A stretch of DNA of 64,000 nt from Patescibacteria group bacterium (lineage in GTDB: Bacteria > Patescibacteriota > Minisyncoccia > UBA6257 > GWB1-50-10): NCBI GenBank assembly GCA_038065455.1, contig JBBTQX010000008.1, positions 4,257-68,256 of the forward strand. The letters are read 5' to 3'. The translations under genes were made by a program, and so were the position numbers. This document shows positions 50,043 through 59,330 of the stretch, piece by piece. The notes beneath the pieces are model-generated. The model was not told the DNA's origin. It did no database searches and was given only the letters and a program-made list of their open reading frames with translations. The stretch's first letter is position 1. Every line of letters starts with the position of its first letter.

Positions 50043-50054
50043 GGGATTTTAATC

Positions 50055-52502
50055 TTATCGCTCTCTAAAGATACGGCGCCTAAGAAGAGGGGTACTGTCA
50101 GCCGAAATTGTTTTTTCCGCTACACAGGAATTCCCATCCGAATCGGTTACCGTGAGCGAAACATCTAATGGCATCTTTTTAACGGTTTCTTTCGTCGGAG
50201 TAACCGAGGGGTTTTTTGGCTCGGCATCAAGAAATTCCCAAAAAATGCTCCCGGGCGTACTGGAACGATAATCCGTAGTATTGGTAAATGTTACGACTGA
50301 TTCTTTCGCAAATTTAAGGGGCGTCCAAGTAAAATCTACTAACGGATAATAACGCGCCGGAGTTGTCATTGTTGCGGGGTTGGCAGAATCTTCCCAATCG
50401 GAGAATCCGGCGATGCCGTCCGAAGCCTGAACCGACACAAAAAATTCCGTACTGGCTCCTATATTGGCTATCGGGTTGTTTAACCTTCCAAACCGGTCGC
50501 TCCCTACTGAAACGGTGTCAATCGTCAAATTGTCGGAAGATTTAATTATTTTTATATCGGCGGACGTTTGTGGGTTGCCATCCGGATCGGAATAATCCCA
50601 AGTTACCCGATAGAAAGGATTTGCTTGGCACCAAGCATCCGCCTCCCGGATAATCTGTACGTTAGAAACGACTGGCGGTTGATTTAAAATAACGGCGCTC
50701 ACTGTGCAATTACTCGCTTTACTGACAGTACATTCCGGCTTGGTGAACGCCAGCCAGCCAACGATATCCCCGCCCCAGGCCGAACCTACAAAATTAATTG
50801 AATCAAAAGAAACTCCATATAAACTGCCGTCTGCCGCTGTTCCACCCAAACTCACCCAGCCGTCCCAATTCGGATTGCCGGTATTTTTCGGCGCGAGAAA
50901 ACGCGCCCAGCCGGTAACGGCGCCGGTATTAAGATCTTTTCTTGCTTCGCAAATCCCTGATGGACAGTCAGCTAAATCGCTCTTATTAAAAGAGAGCCAG
51001 CCATAATCTTCATTGCTATCAATCGCCGCCCAAGCGGAACCCGAGAAAAGCCCGGCGCGGTCAATCTGAACGCTGTATTGAGGATCGCCGGTATTCCATG
51101 CCGGAATTTGATAATCGGAATTGAAATTCACCCACCCAACGCCTTTTCCATCGATTGTCGCCCAAGCATTACCCCGAAGGGAAAGCGCCATATTCAGATT
51201 TACGGAAACTAGTGTGGAATATTCGGAGTAAGAACCGCCAAAATCAGCTCTCACGCGATAGGTATATGTATGACCAAACGCCAAATTATCATCGAGATAC
51301 TCCGCTCGAGCTTTAGCAGACGGCGGAAGAGCGATTTTCCCCGCCAGAGTTTCAGGGCCACCGCCAATAGACCGGTAAATATTGTAATTCCCAGAGTAGA
51401 GCGGATTCGGAAAAGTGTTATCCCAAGAAATTCTGACATTGCCCTTGGTTCCATTCACATAATAAATCTGGGCCGTCGGATTCTGGGGCGCATTCGCGAT
51501 TGTAACGGAAGAAATATTTGAAAAATCGGAACAGCCGCCGCTTGTCGTACAACCCCGCACTTTATAGGAATACTTCTGATTGGTGATAATACTGGAATCT
51601 TCATAATGAATCGTTCCACCGTTAGCCGTTTTCCCAAGAAAATTGGGTGAACCACCGAAAGGAGCGCGATGAATCTCGTAGTAATCCTGACCGGTGCCCG
51701 CCGTCCAACTCAAATTAACTTGACTTGGCCGAAATTGGTAAGGCGCGATAAGATCGGTCGGTGTTGTCGGCACCCCGATAGGCGTTGAAGGAATTTTATC
51801 GGAATAAATTTTATCTCCAGTCGCGCAGCCGTAATCGCTTTCAAAACTCCTAACTTGGTAATAGTAAACGCCCGCCGGGCTAATATTCCCGGTATAGAAA
51901 TAGTGTCCGTTAATATCTTTGTTGCCAACGAGAGAAGTATAAAAATAAGTAAGATTTGAATCTGTCGTTCCGCGCCAAATTTCGAATCCGCCATACTGTG
52001 AGCTTGGCGGTGTTGCGTCATCCCAAATCAAATCAACTTGGCTGTCACCGCTCTTACCGGTTACAACAAGATTTGACGGATTAGTTGGTTTGGTTAAGAT
52101 TATTGTTTTTATCGTCAACGGACTTGAATCAACCCAATTTGAAACAGTTCCGTTGCTATTGTCCACCGCTTGAATGTGATATCGGTAATTCGAAAAGGAG
52201 TTGACGGGATTAATAGGTAAATTTAAATGTTCGGCGGTCAGGTTGGGCGTGGTCGCGACGGGTTTTACGCCGGTGTTGAAATCCCCAGCCGTCGTGTATT
52301 CGATAGAATAGGTAACGGTCGAAGGATTCCCATTCGCTTCCCAATTCAAATCAATCGCGCAGGCTGATTTGGCAGTGATATTAAAACCCACCGGCGGCTG
52401 AACTGCCGCGGAAACTAAAGTCGCCGAGGAGACGAAAAATCCCGAGAATAAAAAGAGAAGTATCGCGCGCTTGCTCATTGAATTAATTATAGCAAAATTC
52501 AT
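50055..52502 (-). CDS. large secreted surface protein with Fn3-like modules and GW..SFN-type repeats
   Basis: Signal peptide, repeats AWATIDGKGVGWVNFNSD / AWAAIDSNEDYGWLSFNKSD / GDIVGWLAFTKPEC. Shares the repeat type with 17829..18812. Confidence 0.6.
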   Translation of the reverse strand: MNFAIINSMSKRAILLFLFSGFFVSSATLVSAAVQPPVGFNITAKSACAIDLNWEANGNPSTVTYSIEYTTAGDFNTGVKPVATTPNLTAEHLNLPINPVNSFSNYRYHIQAVDNSNGTVSNWVDSSPLTIKTIILTKPTNPSNLVVTGKSGDSQVDLIWDDATPPSSQYGGFEIWRGTTDSNLTYFYTSLVGNKDINGHYFYTGNISPAGVYYYQVRSFESDYGCATGDKIYSDKIPSTPIGVPTTPTDLIAPYQFRPSQVNLSWTAGTGQDYYEIHRAPFGGSPNFLGKTANGGTIHYEDSSIITNQKYSYKVRGCTTSGGCSDFSNISSVTIANAPQNPTAQIYYVNGTKGNVRISWDNTFPNPLYSGNYNIYRSIGGGPETLAGKIALPPSAKARAEYLDDNLAFGHTYTYRVRADFGGSYSEYSTLVSVNLNMALSLRGNAWATIDGKGVGWVNFNSDYQIPAWNTGDPQYSVQIDRAGLFSGSAWAAIDSNEDYGWLSFNKSDLADCPSGICEARKDLNTGAVTGWARFLAPKNTGNPNWDGWVSLGGTAADGSLYGVSFDSINFVGSAWGGDIVGWLAFTKPECTVSKASNCTVSAVILNQPPVVSNVQIIREADAWCQANPFYRVTWDYSDPDGNPQTSADIKIIKSSDNLTIDTVSVGSDRFGRLNNPIANIGASTEFFVSVQASDGIAGFSDWEDSANPATMTTPARYYPLVDFTWTPLKFAKESVVTFTNTTDYRSSTPGSIFWEFLDAEPKNPSVTPTKETVKKMPLDVSLTVTDSDGNSCVAEKTISADSTPLLRRRIFRER

Positions 52503-53560
52503 GCCTTTTTGACGGAATAGTTTTCAGCGGCAAACTTATACTGTTCCAAAAAAATCTTCTTGAATGGCTGGATAGAATTCAATTCATAAAAGACGAGGGT
52601 TGCTTCCCGATAGTCGCTTTCTTCCACACTCCGGTAAGAAAGTGGCGCTAAATTATTAGCCAAAAGAATGGCATTCGCGATTAATCGTCCAGTACGCTTG
52701 TTGCCATCTTCAAAGGGCTGGATATAGCTTATGCCCAACAAAGCGAAAAAAGCTTTGGCATAAGGATCCTTCTGTTTCCCTATCGAGGCAATGAAAGACT
52801 CAACTGCCTCCTCTATCTGAAATCTGTTGTCCAGAGGCATGTATTTGGATCCAGCAACTCCGACTGCGGAACTGCGCCAACCCGTCTTTACGTTCAAATT
52901 TTTAACCAAAAGCTTGTGAACTTCCCTCATATTAACCTTGGTCAGTTTCTTAAATTCCTTGACGTTATTAAAAACCAGGTTAAACGCTTCCTTATGATTC
53001 AATATCATTTGTGCTTCTTCTCTCCCGTGGCCAGCCGCTTTCTCTCCCCTAATCAAAAGTTTTTCCGTATCCAGCAAGGTATATGTATTACCTTCTATTT
53101 TGGAAGACTTCCAAGACAGTTCTATCACAAACCTTTCCAGTTCTTTTTTGGATATCGCAGGAGAAAGATTTTTTATTTTTTTCCCATACTCCAAAGTTTT
53201 AACCTCCAAGAGGTTCTTTTCTTCTTTTTGGAAAGGGTTAAGCTTAAAATATTCAAGCAGATTAAAATTGAACTTGGAATCGCCGAATCTCTTATCGGGT
53301 TCTCCGAAACAATATTCCTTTGCGTTAATCTCCGCGCTAAAGCGTCCTGGAACGGCTATTTTATAAACGGTGGATCTGCCGAATCCGGAAACCTCCAAAA
53401 ACCCGACCCGACTCATCTCCGAAAGGCTTCTTTTTACCGTAACCAAAGATGTTTTCTCGCCGGATTTTAAAAGTAAGTCATGGACGCCGGATGATTGCTG
53501 ATTTCCGTTCTTTAAAAACAGAAGAATTATCAACTGTTGGTTTTTGGTTAATTTATCCAT
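52499..53560 (-). CDS. Fic/Doc family protein with N-terminal wHTH
   Basis: Fic motif HPFEDGNKRTGR. Confidence 0.85.
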   Translation of the reverse strand: MDKLTKNQQLIILLFLKNGNQQSSGVHDLLLKSGEKTSLVTVKRSLSEMSRVGFLEVSGFGRSTVYKIAVPGRFSAEINAKEYCFGEPDKRFGDSKFNFNLLEYFKLNPFQKEEKNLLEVKTLEYGKKIKNLSPAISKKELERFVIELSWKSSKIEGNTYTLLDTEKLLIRGEKAAGHGREEAQMILNHKEAFNLVFNNVKEFKKLTKVNMREVHKLLVKNLNVKTGWRSSAVGVAGSKYMPLDNRFQIEEAVESFIASIGKQKDPYAKAFFALLGISYIQPFEDGNKRTGRLIANAILLANNLAPLSYRSVEESDYREATLVFYELNSIQPFKKIFLEQYKFAAENYSVKKA

Positions 53561-53564
53561 TTCT

Positions 53565-53612
53565 TTCGTATCTTTTTAACCATATAATCGTATCATATTG
53601 ATACGATTATTT
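53565..53612. repeat. 47-nt repeat containing the palindrome aatcgtatcatattgatacgatt (copy 1; copy 2 at 58784..58830)
   Basis: Near-identical to ttcgtatctttttgactaaataatcgtatcatattgatacgattatt at 58784. Confidence 0.7.
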
Positions 53613-53807
53613 AAAATGGGGTTAGAACTTATATGTTTTTTCCGATCTTTTTTCCAGCGCGATGATAAAAATGCTGTTTTTGTCCGAAACGCGGAAGATA
53701 ACACGCATATTCCCCTTTCTGACTCGGAATAAATCATCCCGCCCTTTGAGTTTTTTAATATCTAAGGTGGCAATATCGCTTTTATGGCAAAAAGTATATC
53801 GTGATCT
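53576..53807 (-). pseudogene. RelE/ParE-like toxin gene remnant (N-terminally truncated, no start codon, run-on C-terminus)
   Basis: Minus-strand frame reads ..LDIKKLKGRDDLFRVRKGNMRVIFRVSDKNSIFIIALEKRSEK.., collinear with LDLKKLRGGGDIFRIRKGSMRIIFRILGNGDVFILAVERRAEK of the intact toxin at 58868..59107. Begins directly at the AbiEii stop codon. Confidence 0.6.
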
Positions 53808-54563
53808 CTATGCAATTTGTCTTTTCATTTCGTCTTCGAGCATCCGGCTGAAATCCCGGATTATGGCCTGCTGATCGGCCGGCAGAAACGCCCCCAATTC
53901 TCCGTGAAAATCTATTTCTCTCGCGTTTTTTGTTATTTCATCCTTCACATCCGCCAACTTCCTTTTTTGTTCGGATGAAAGCATTCTCTTTCTCATCAAA
54001 AAATACAAATCATAAAAGTCGCGGGGCTTCTTCCGTTCCAAAAGAGCACCGAATATTTTTTCTTCAACCAGCTCCATTTGCGACAGATGAACCGCCGTAT
54101 AGGGGGGAATGAAATCGCTTGCCACGCTGTCTATCTCGGCCTTGATTTCCCTGCCATTTCGGGCGGAAACGTTTATTTCTACCCCCACCGGCGGATAGTC
54201 GAGCGCGCGGAGGGTCGCCAATCCGAAATAACCGCCGCTCGTCGTTCCGAAGCGTTCGCCGAGTTCCACGCGAACGCCAAAATTTTCCATGGTAGCCAGA
54301 ATCTTGATAAATAAGCTTTCCACGAAATATTTCGTTTTATTCGAATGAACCTGTGTCAGTGAAAAATCCAAATCCTCGGAAAAACGCGGACTGCCATAAA
54401 TGATGCGTAGAGCCGTGCCGCCCTTGAAAAGCAATTTTTCCGATTCCGGCAGTTTGTAAAGCTCGCTTAAAAAAATGTGCTGGAAATATTCCCGGATGAT
54501 ATTCGGAAAAACGCCTGTCTGGCATTGGGCGGCCAATTTTTCCAAACTTTCCGATGAAATCAT
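53808..54563 (-). CDS. AbiEii-type nucleotidyltransferase toxin (type IV TA)
   Basis: LLFKGGTALRIIYGSPRFSEDLDFSL is the NTase motif of AbiEii/DUF1814. Confidence 0.75.
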   Translation of the reverse strand: MISSESLEKLAAQCQTGVFPNIIREYFQHIFLSELYKLPESEKLLFKGGTALRIIYGSPRFSEDLDFSLTQVHSNKTKYFVESLFIKILATMENFGVRVELGERFGTTSGGYFGLATLRALDYPPVGVEINVSARNGREIKAEIDSVASDFIPPYTAVHLSQMELVEEKIFGALLERKKPRDFYDLYFLMRKRMLSSEQKRKLADVKDEITKNAREIDFHGELGAFLPADQQAIIRDFSRMLEDEMKRQIA

Positions 54564-55159
54564 TTTAGAGTCCTTTTTATAATACCTATAAGTTCCCGGT
54601 TTTGAAACAATGAGGCGTATTGAATCGCTTTATTCGGATTTATTCTTTCCTTATTGAACCGCGACAGCGGCTTCAATCTATCCAGCATCCTAAAGTAGTT
54701 GGTGTCAACGAAAGCTTTTTCCGGACTGGCGATGAAAAACCCCATTCCTTTTTGTTTTACAATGCCATAGCCGGCGAACGCCGTTTTTTTCACTCGCCGA
54801 TATGAATAAATCTTGCCTAGAATTTTGAAGCGCCGGGGATTTTTCGAGGTGATCGAGGTAATCTCGTAAACGTTTTCCGGAATGACGCGATGGTAAGACA
54901 AGGCCAATTCGAGAGAAATATAGGATGGTTCGCACATTTTGTTCGCGATGAAAAATTCCGTCGGCAAAGCGTCGGGGAAAGCGTAAATCCCCCGTTTCAA
55001 CCGGACAATGAAGCCTTTCTTGGTATACCGATAAAGAAGGAAACTGGCCGCAATTTTGGAACTCCCGAACAACCGGCAAACATCCAGAGCAGAGAAGACA
55101 AGTAGTTTTTTCCCTTTTATTTCCTTGTTAAAACTATGCCAATTCACTAATTTAGCCAT
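54560..55159 (-). CDS. AbiEi-type antitoxin/transcriptional regulator
   Basis: Overlapping start/stop with AbiEii. N-terminal wHTH-like segment. Confidence 0.6.
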   Translation of the reverse strand: MAKLVNWHSFNKEIKGKKLLVFSALDVCRLFGSSKIAASFLLYRYTKKGFIVRLKRGIYAFPDALPTEFFIANKMCEPSYISLELALSYHRVIPENVYEITSITSKNPRRFKILGKIYSYRRVKKTAFAGYGIVKQKGMGFFIASPEKAFVDTNYFRMLDRLKPLSRFNKERINPNKAIQYASLFQNRELIGIIKRTLK

Positions 55160-55239
55160 ATTGCTAACTTACTGGAATGACGTTAAAAAGTCAAGCAATT
55201 ACCGAGATTAATGGTTGTTAATGGGTCAGCCACCATTGT

Positions 55240-55668
55240 TTGTTCTCGGTCTTCCTACCCCTCTTAATGTCTGTTCAAGGTCAAATTTTTTCACCGTACT
55301 GCCTATCCAATTATCACCGCCATAAGGATTCCCTTTATCTTACGAAGTCGGACTTCGTAAAATTCGATAAAATGGGTGGAAAAACAAGGAGAAGGGAAAG
55401 GATGAAAATAAAATTTAATGACGGCTGGGCTTTTGCGATCGTGAACGGCCGTTTGGCTGAAATTCACTTTGATAAAAAATACGGCCCTTGGGGCCATTGC
55501 TATGTTAATAAAGAAGAATATAAAACAAAGCGAGAACAAAAATGGATTAAAGAAGACACCCTAAAATATCAATTTTCTTATAGGAGCGGTTATTACTTTG
55601 ATAAAATTAGGAAAATAAGATTTAAAATACCAAGCCGACAGAAATTATTTTCTGATTCAATTTTGTAA
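55240..55668 (+). CDS. hypothetical protein (probable true start near 55372)
   Basis: ORF; upstream part overlaps the 20-bp palindrome. Confidence 0.3.
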   Translation: MFSVFLPLLMSVQGQIFSPYCLSNYHRHKDSLYLTKSDFVKFDKMGGKTRRRERMKIKFNDGWAFAIVNGRLAEIHFDKKYGPWGHCYVNKEEYKTKREQKWIKEDTLKYQFSYRSGYYFDKIRKIRFKIPSRQKLFSDSIL

Positions 55669-55670
55669 GA

Positions 55671-55916
55671 TCACTTCGGATGCGTTCTGATATCAAGGAG
55701 AATATAAGTATTACCTTCAATTAAAAAATAAAAGCGGATATTTCTATCTACTCTGGCCTGCCAAATCCCGCGGGCCTCTTCGTATTTCTTTGCGCGCAGA
55801 GAAGGGTGCCGCAAATCCCGAAGAAGAAAACTAACTTGTTTATAGAATTTATTTCTAACTTCCGGAGAAAACTTTTTCAAGCTCTCCTTAAATCCGATAT
55901 AATACCAAACGATCAT
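55671..55916 (-). CDS. RelE/ParE-family toxin
   Basis: KKYEEARGIWQARVDRNIRFYFLIEGNTYILLDIRTHPK is a RelE-fold C-terminus. Start overlaps the antitoxin stop. Confidence 0.7.
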   Translation of the reverse strand: MIVWYYIGFKESLKKFSPEVRNKFYKQVSFLLRDLRHPSLRAKKYEEARGIWQARVDRNIRFYFLIEGNTYILLDIRTHPK

Positions 55917-56128
55917 TACCTCTCTAATGAGTATCTAAGAGCTTTTACGGAAGAAAATGGCCCTTTTATCTTCTCTTTCTTTACTTCTCTGATCACCTTA
56001 TCCAAATCAACGTCTAATTTTGTATATTTTTTTTTCACTACACGCAAAAACCGCTCATACTCTTTACGAGGAATAGCCACAAGCTCTTCGCCTTTGGTTA
56101 TTTTTTGAGGAATAGTAATAGTAGTCAT
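55916..56128 (-). CDS. putative antitoxin of the RelE/ParE-like toxin
   Basis: 70 aa, directly upstream, overlapping ATGA junction. Confidence 0.5.
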   Translation of the reverse strand: MTTITIPQKITKGEELVAIPRKEYERFLRVVKKKYTKLDVDLDKVIREVKKEKIKGPFSSVKALRYSLER

Positions 56129-56244
56129 GCATTTACCTTACCATGGTCAAACAAACGAAATCAAACTGTCAAAAGGAGGGCGGATTCACAAAAAACACCG
56201 TCACCCCGAAACAAAAGCGCAGAAAATTATCTCTCATCTTCATT

Positions 56245-57375
56245 TATTATGCATAAGGCCACATACATATTGCACTCGGTGAAGCCAGCGCTTCACCATG
56301 AAAATCCATTGTAAATATGCCGGCATCAAGGGGAGTATGACTGTCTATCGGGACGCGCTACGCTACCGGTATATGATCCGACCCCAAGCGTTGCGGAAGG
56401 CAAAAATCCTCGCCTTCGCTGAAAAGCACGGCACCTTGACTGCGCTCGAGGCCTTTGAGGTGAAGCGGCGCACGTTCTTTGACTGGAAAAAGAAGTGGGT
56501 AGCGGGCGGGAAGATTCCCGAGACACTCAACGGGAAATCACGGGCGCCGAGGACAAAACGGAAGCGCCGGTGGTCCGATGAGGTGATTGCCGAGATCAAG
56601 CGGCAGCGCTGGGAGCATCCCAATCTCGGCAAGGATAAACTGCATCCGCTTCTTGCCGAATTCTGCGCCGAGAAGAAGCTGGCTTGCCCTCAGTCAAAGA
56701 CCATCGGACGGTTGATCGCGGATCTGGGCGGATTGCGGATGCACCCCAAAAAGATCTCGCACTTCGGAAAAATCAAGATCGCCAACCGTCAAAAAGTGTT
56801 GAGAAAACCTATGGATTTCAAGGCCGAGTATCCTGGCCACTGCGTGGCCCTGGACACCATTGAGAAGCACGTTGGGGGCAGACGCTATTACGTGATCACG
56901 TTTGAAGACCTGTTTACACGATTTTGCTTCGCCTGGGAAACGACCTCGCACGCATCGCTTGCGGCAAAAGAGTTTTTTACGCTTTGCCTTAAGGTTTTTC
57001 CGTTCCCGATTTCTTTTGTCCTTACGGACAACGGCAGCGAGTTCATGAAACACTTTGACGCAGAGCTCCGCCGGCTCCACCTCGTCCATTATCATACTTA
57101 TCCGAAGACGCCAAAGATGAATGTGCACATGGAGCGGTTCAATCGCACCGTCCAAGACGAGTTTGTGGATTATCACACAGCTGATCTGCAAACGCCGGAT
57201 GCGTTCAACCGCAAGCTCGTGGACTATCTCGTCTGGTACAATACGAAGCGTGTGCACTATGCTTTCAAAAACAAATTATCACCCGTGCAGTTCATGCTAC
57301 AATTACCACAACTAGCAGTCGCAAAAATGCCCACCGAGTGCAAAAGTGGGTGGCCTCATACATATTATAGCAAAA
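56245..57375 (+). mobile_element. IS481-family insertion sequence with ~30-40 bp imperfect terminal inverted repeats
   Basis: Left end tatgcataaggccacatacatattgcactcggtg vs reverse complement of right end tatgtatgaggccacccacttttgcactcggtg. Internal DDE transposase. Visibly more G+C-rich than the flanks. Confidence 0.65.
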
Positions 57376-57437
57376 TGACCAAATTTATGGTAAAATTAAA
57401 GTATGGAGAAATATTTTTGGGATACGAATCCCGATAA
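56298..57437 (+). CDS. IS481-family DDE transposase (integrase core)
   Basis: ALDTIE ... VLTDNGSEF ... ERFNRTVQDE form the D,D(35)E triad, with an N-terminal HTH. The ORF reads through the right IR into the flank. Confidence 0.75.
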   Translation: MKIHCKYAGIKGSMTVYRDALRYRYMIRPQALRKAKILAFAEKHGTLTALEAFEVKRRTFFDWKKKWVAGGKIPETLNGKSRAPRTKRKRRWSDEVIAEIKRQRWEHPNLGKDKLHPLLAEFCAEKKLACPQSKTIGRLIADLGGLRMHPKKISHFGKIKIANRQKVLRKPMDFKAEYPGHCVALDTIEKHVGGRRYYVITFEDLFTRFCFAWETTSHASLAAKEFFTLCLKVFPFPISFVLTDNGSEFMKHFDAELRRLHLVHYHTYPKTPKMNVHMERFNRTVQDEFVDYHTADLQTPDAFNRKLVDYLVWYNTKRVHYAFKNKLSPVQFMLQLPQLAVAKMPTECKSGWPHTYYSKMTKFMVKLKYGEIFLGYESR

Positions 57438-57618
57438 ATTGGATTTTAAAACAAATAAAAAATATATTATAGAACGTATCCTGGAAATGGGCGACGAAGA
57501 GGCGGTTCGTCGGCTTTTCGGCATATTTTCAAAAAAAGATATCCTTGAAGTTGTTGGGAACAACCGCCGAATTTCCCCAAAAAGCGCTAATTATTGGAGG
57601 TTGTTGCTAACTCGCTAA
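57403..57618 (+). CDS. small conserved protein (FWDTNPDK family), probable partner of the downstream NTase; paralog at 58450..58680
   Basis: MEKYFWDTNPDKLDFKTNKKYIIERI vs LFWDTDPQKIDLKKNAQYVIERI in the paralog. Confidence 0.45.
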   Translation: MEKYFWDTNPDKLDFKTNKKYIIERILEMGDEEAVRRLFGIFSKKDILEVVGNNRRISPKSANYWRLLLTR

Positions 57619-57630
57619 CCCCGCACAAAA

Positions 57631-58257
57631 ATGGACTTCCATAAAGAAATTCTTCCGGCTGGCACGTTGGAAACATTTTCTAAATTGTCCCATTCTTCCT
57701 TGATTGGAAATTTCTATTTAGCCGGCGGGACGGGTCTGGCGCTTCAACTGGGACACCGTTTTTCAAACGATCTGGATTTTTTTACGCCTAAAAAATTCAA
57801 CGAGGAAACAACGCTTCAGGAAATAATTTCTTTGGGAAAATTAAGACTTGAAAAGAAAGAAGCACAAGCCATTGTGTGCCAATTAGATGAAACGAAACTG
57901 TCGTTTTTGGGATATGGATATCCCCTACTTGAACCGCTTAAACATTTTGACGGCATATCTGTGGCTGAAATATCTGATATCGCCTGTATGAAAATTGACG
58001 CCATCGCCAGTCGGGGAACAAAGAGAGATTTTATTGATGTGTACTTCGTTATGAAAGAGATAATGCCACTCAATGAGATACTGGCTAATTTCAAAAAAAA
58101 ATATGCTAAGTTGAATTATAATACCGTGCATATCAAAAAAAGTTTGGTATATTTCAACGACGCAGAAAATGACGCAATGCCGCGGATGATAAAGCCGGTC
58201 TACTGGGAGAAAGTGAAAGAAACATTCGAAAGCGAGGTAAAAAAACTCGGACTATAG
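57631..58257 (+). CDS. AbiEii-like nucleotidyltransferase (DUF1814-type)
   Basis: FYLAGGTGLALQLGHRFSNDLDFF is the NTase GS..D.D motif. Confidence 0.7.
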   Translation: MDFHKEILPAGTLETFSKLSHSSLIGNFYLAGGTGLALQLGHRFSNDLDFFTPKKFNEETTLQEIISLGKLRLEKKEAQAIVCQLDETKLSFLGYGYPLLEPLKHFDGISVAEISDIACMKIDAIASRGTKRDFIDVYFVMKEIMPLNEILANFKKKYAKLNYNTVHIKKSLVYFNDAENDAMPRMIKPVYWEKVKETFESEVKKLGL

Positions 58258-58449
58258 ACTTTTCGTATCATTTTAATTCAAGATTTAGGGATGGGTTCAC
58301 AGAAAACACCGTCACTCCGAAACAAAAGTGGAAAAGGTTTTTCCTCACCTGATAATATTATCGGCTCCGGATCGCTTTCGGCATCTTCAAAATAAACCAA
58401 GCTTTTCAGAATATGACGGTAGTCATGAGCAATATATCAAAATACAAGC

Positions 58450-58680
58450 TCAATTTGCCCTTAGAATTAGGGTCCATAGGTTTTTAGTATCGGGTCTTAA
58501 ACACCTTGACTTGGAGATTATCTTCCGAAGCAACGTTTTATCATAAAAATCCAGAACCCAGCGGGCTTCTTGATCATTGCCGAAATCGGCGATGCGTTCA
58601 ATAACGTATTGAGCGTTCTTTTTCAGGTCTATTTTTTGGGGATCAGTGTCCCAAAATAACGCCTGCCTTAGCTTTATCAC
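58450..58680 (-). CDS. small conserved protein, paralog of 57403..57618
   Basis: Shared N-terminal motif, opposite orientation. Confidence 0.45.
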   Translation of the reverse strand: MIKLRQALFWDTDPQKIDLKKNAQYVIERIADFGNDQEARWVLDFYDKTLLRKIISKSRCLRPDTKNLWTLILRAN

Positions 58681-58783
58681 CCTCTAACTATACCAGAATT
58701 CGCCAAATCCTGCCACCGGCGCCGTTTCTCAAAAACGAGAGGAAAACCGATTGTTGGAATTTGGTCAAATTAGCCACTCTATT

Positions 58784-58830
58784 TTCGTATCTTTTTGACT
58801 AAATAATCGTATCATATTGATACGATTATT
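58784..58830. repeat. 47-nt palindromic repeat, copy 2
   Basis: See copy 1 at 53565..53612. Lies downstream of the intact RelE-like toxin. Confidence 0.7.
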
Positions 58831-58867
58831 CAAGATGACCGAATCAATATGATAAATCAAACGCTGA

Positions 58868-59107
58868 TCAGCGGTAGGTTTTTTCGGCTCTCCGCTCTAC
58901 GGCCAGAATAAAAACGTCGCCGTTCCCTAGAATACGAAAGATTATCCGCATACTGCCTTTTCGTATTCTGAATATGTCTCCTCCGCCCCGTAATTTCTTC
59001 AGATCCAAGCCTAGAAATTTCCCTTGTTGAATCTTATTAAGAAGTTTTTTTAGCTTCTCGCGTTCTTTTACCGTGAGTTTCCCGAGCTCCTTAGCTATCC
59101 GATCCAT
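58868..59107 (-). CDS. RelE/ParE-like toxin
   Basis: DIFRIRKGSMRIIFRILGNGDVFILAVERRAEKTY. Confidence 0.65.
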   Translation of the reverse strand: MDRIAKELGKLTVKEREKLKKLLNKIQQGKFLGLDLKKLRGGGDIFRIRKGSMRIIFRILGNGDVFILAVERRAEKTYR

Positions 59108-59114
59108 CTTGGTT

Positions 59115-59330
59115 TTACAACCTGGAGAGTAAATCCCTTATCTTTACACCCCCCCTCTTTATCCGCATAAAATCAGCCGCCTTTTCCCACCCCATTTCTT
59201 CATCTATTGAAGAGACACGAAACATTGGTTTGGAGCGGCGCACCACTATAACCGGCGTTCCGGCCCGGGCCGCACGGGCGTATTTTTCCACGTTCATTCT
59301 AAACTCTTTTAACCCGACAATATTTTCCAT
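59115..59330 (-). CDS. Phd/YefM-like antitoxin
   Basis: LKEFRMNVEKYARAARAGTPVIVVRRSKPMFRV. Confidence 0.6.
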   Translation of the reverse strand: MENIVGLKEFRMNVEKYARAARAGTPVIVVRRSKPMFRVSSIDEEMGWEKAADFMRIKRGGVKIRDLLSRL

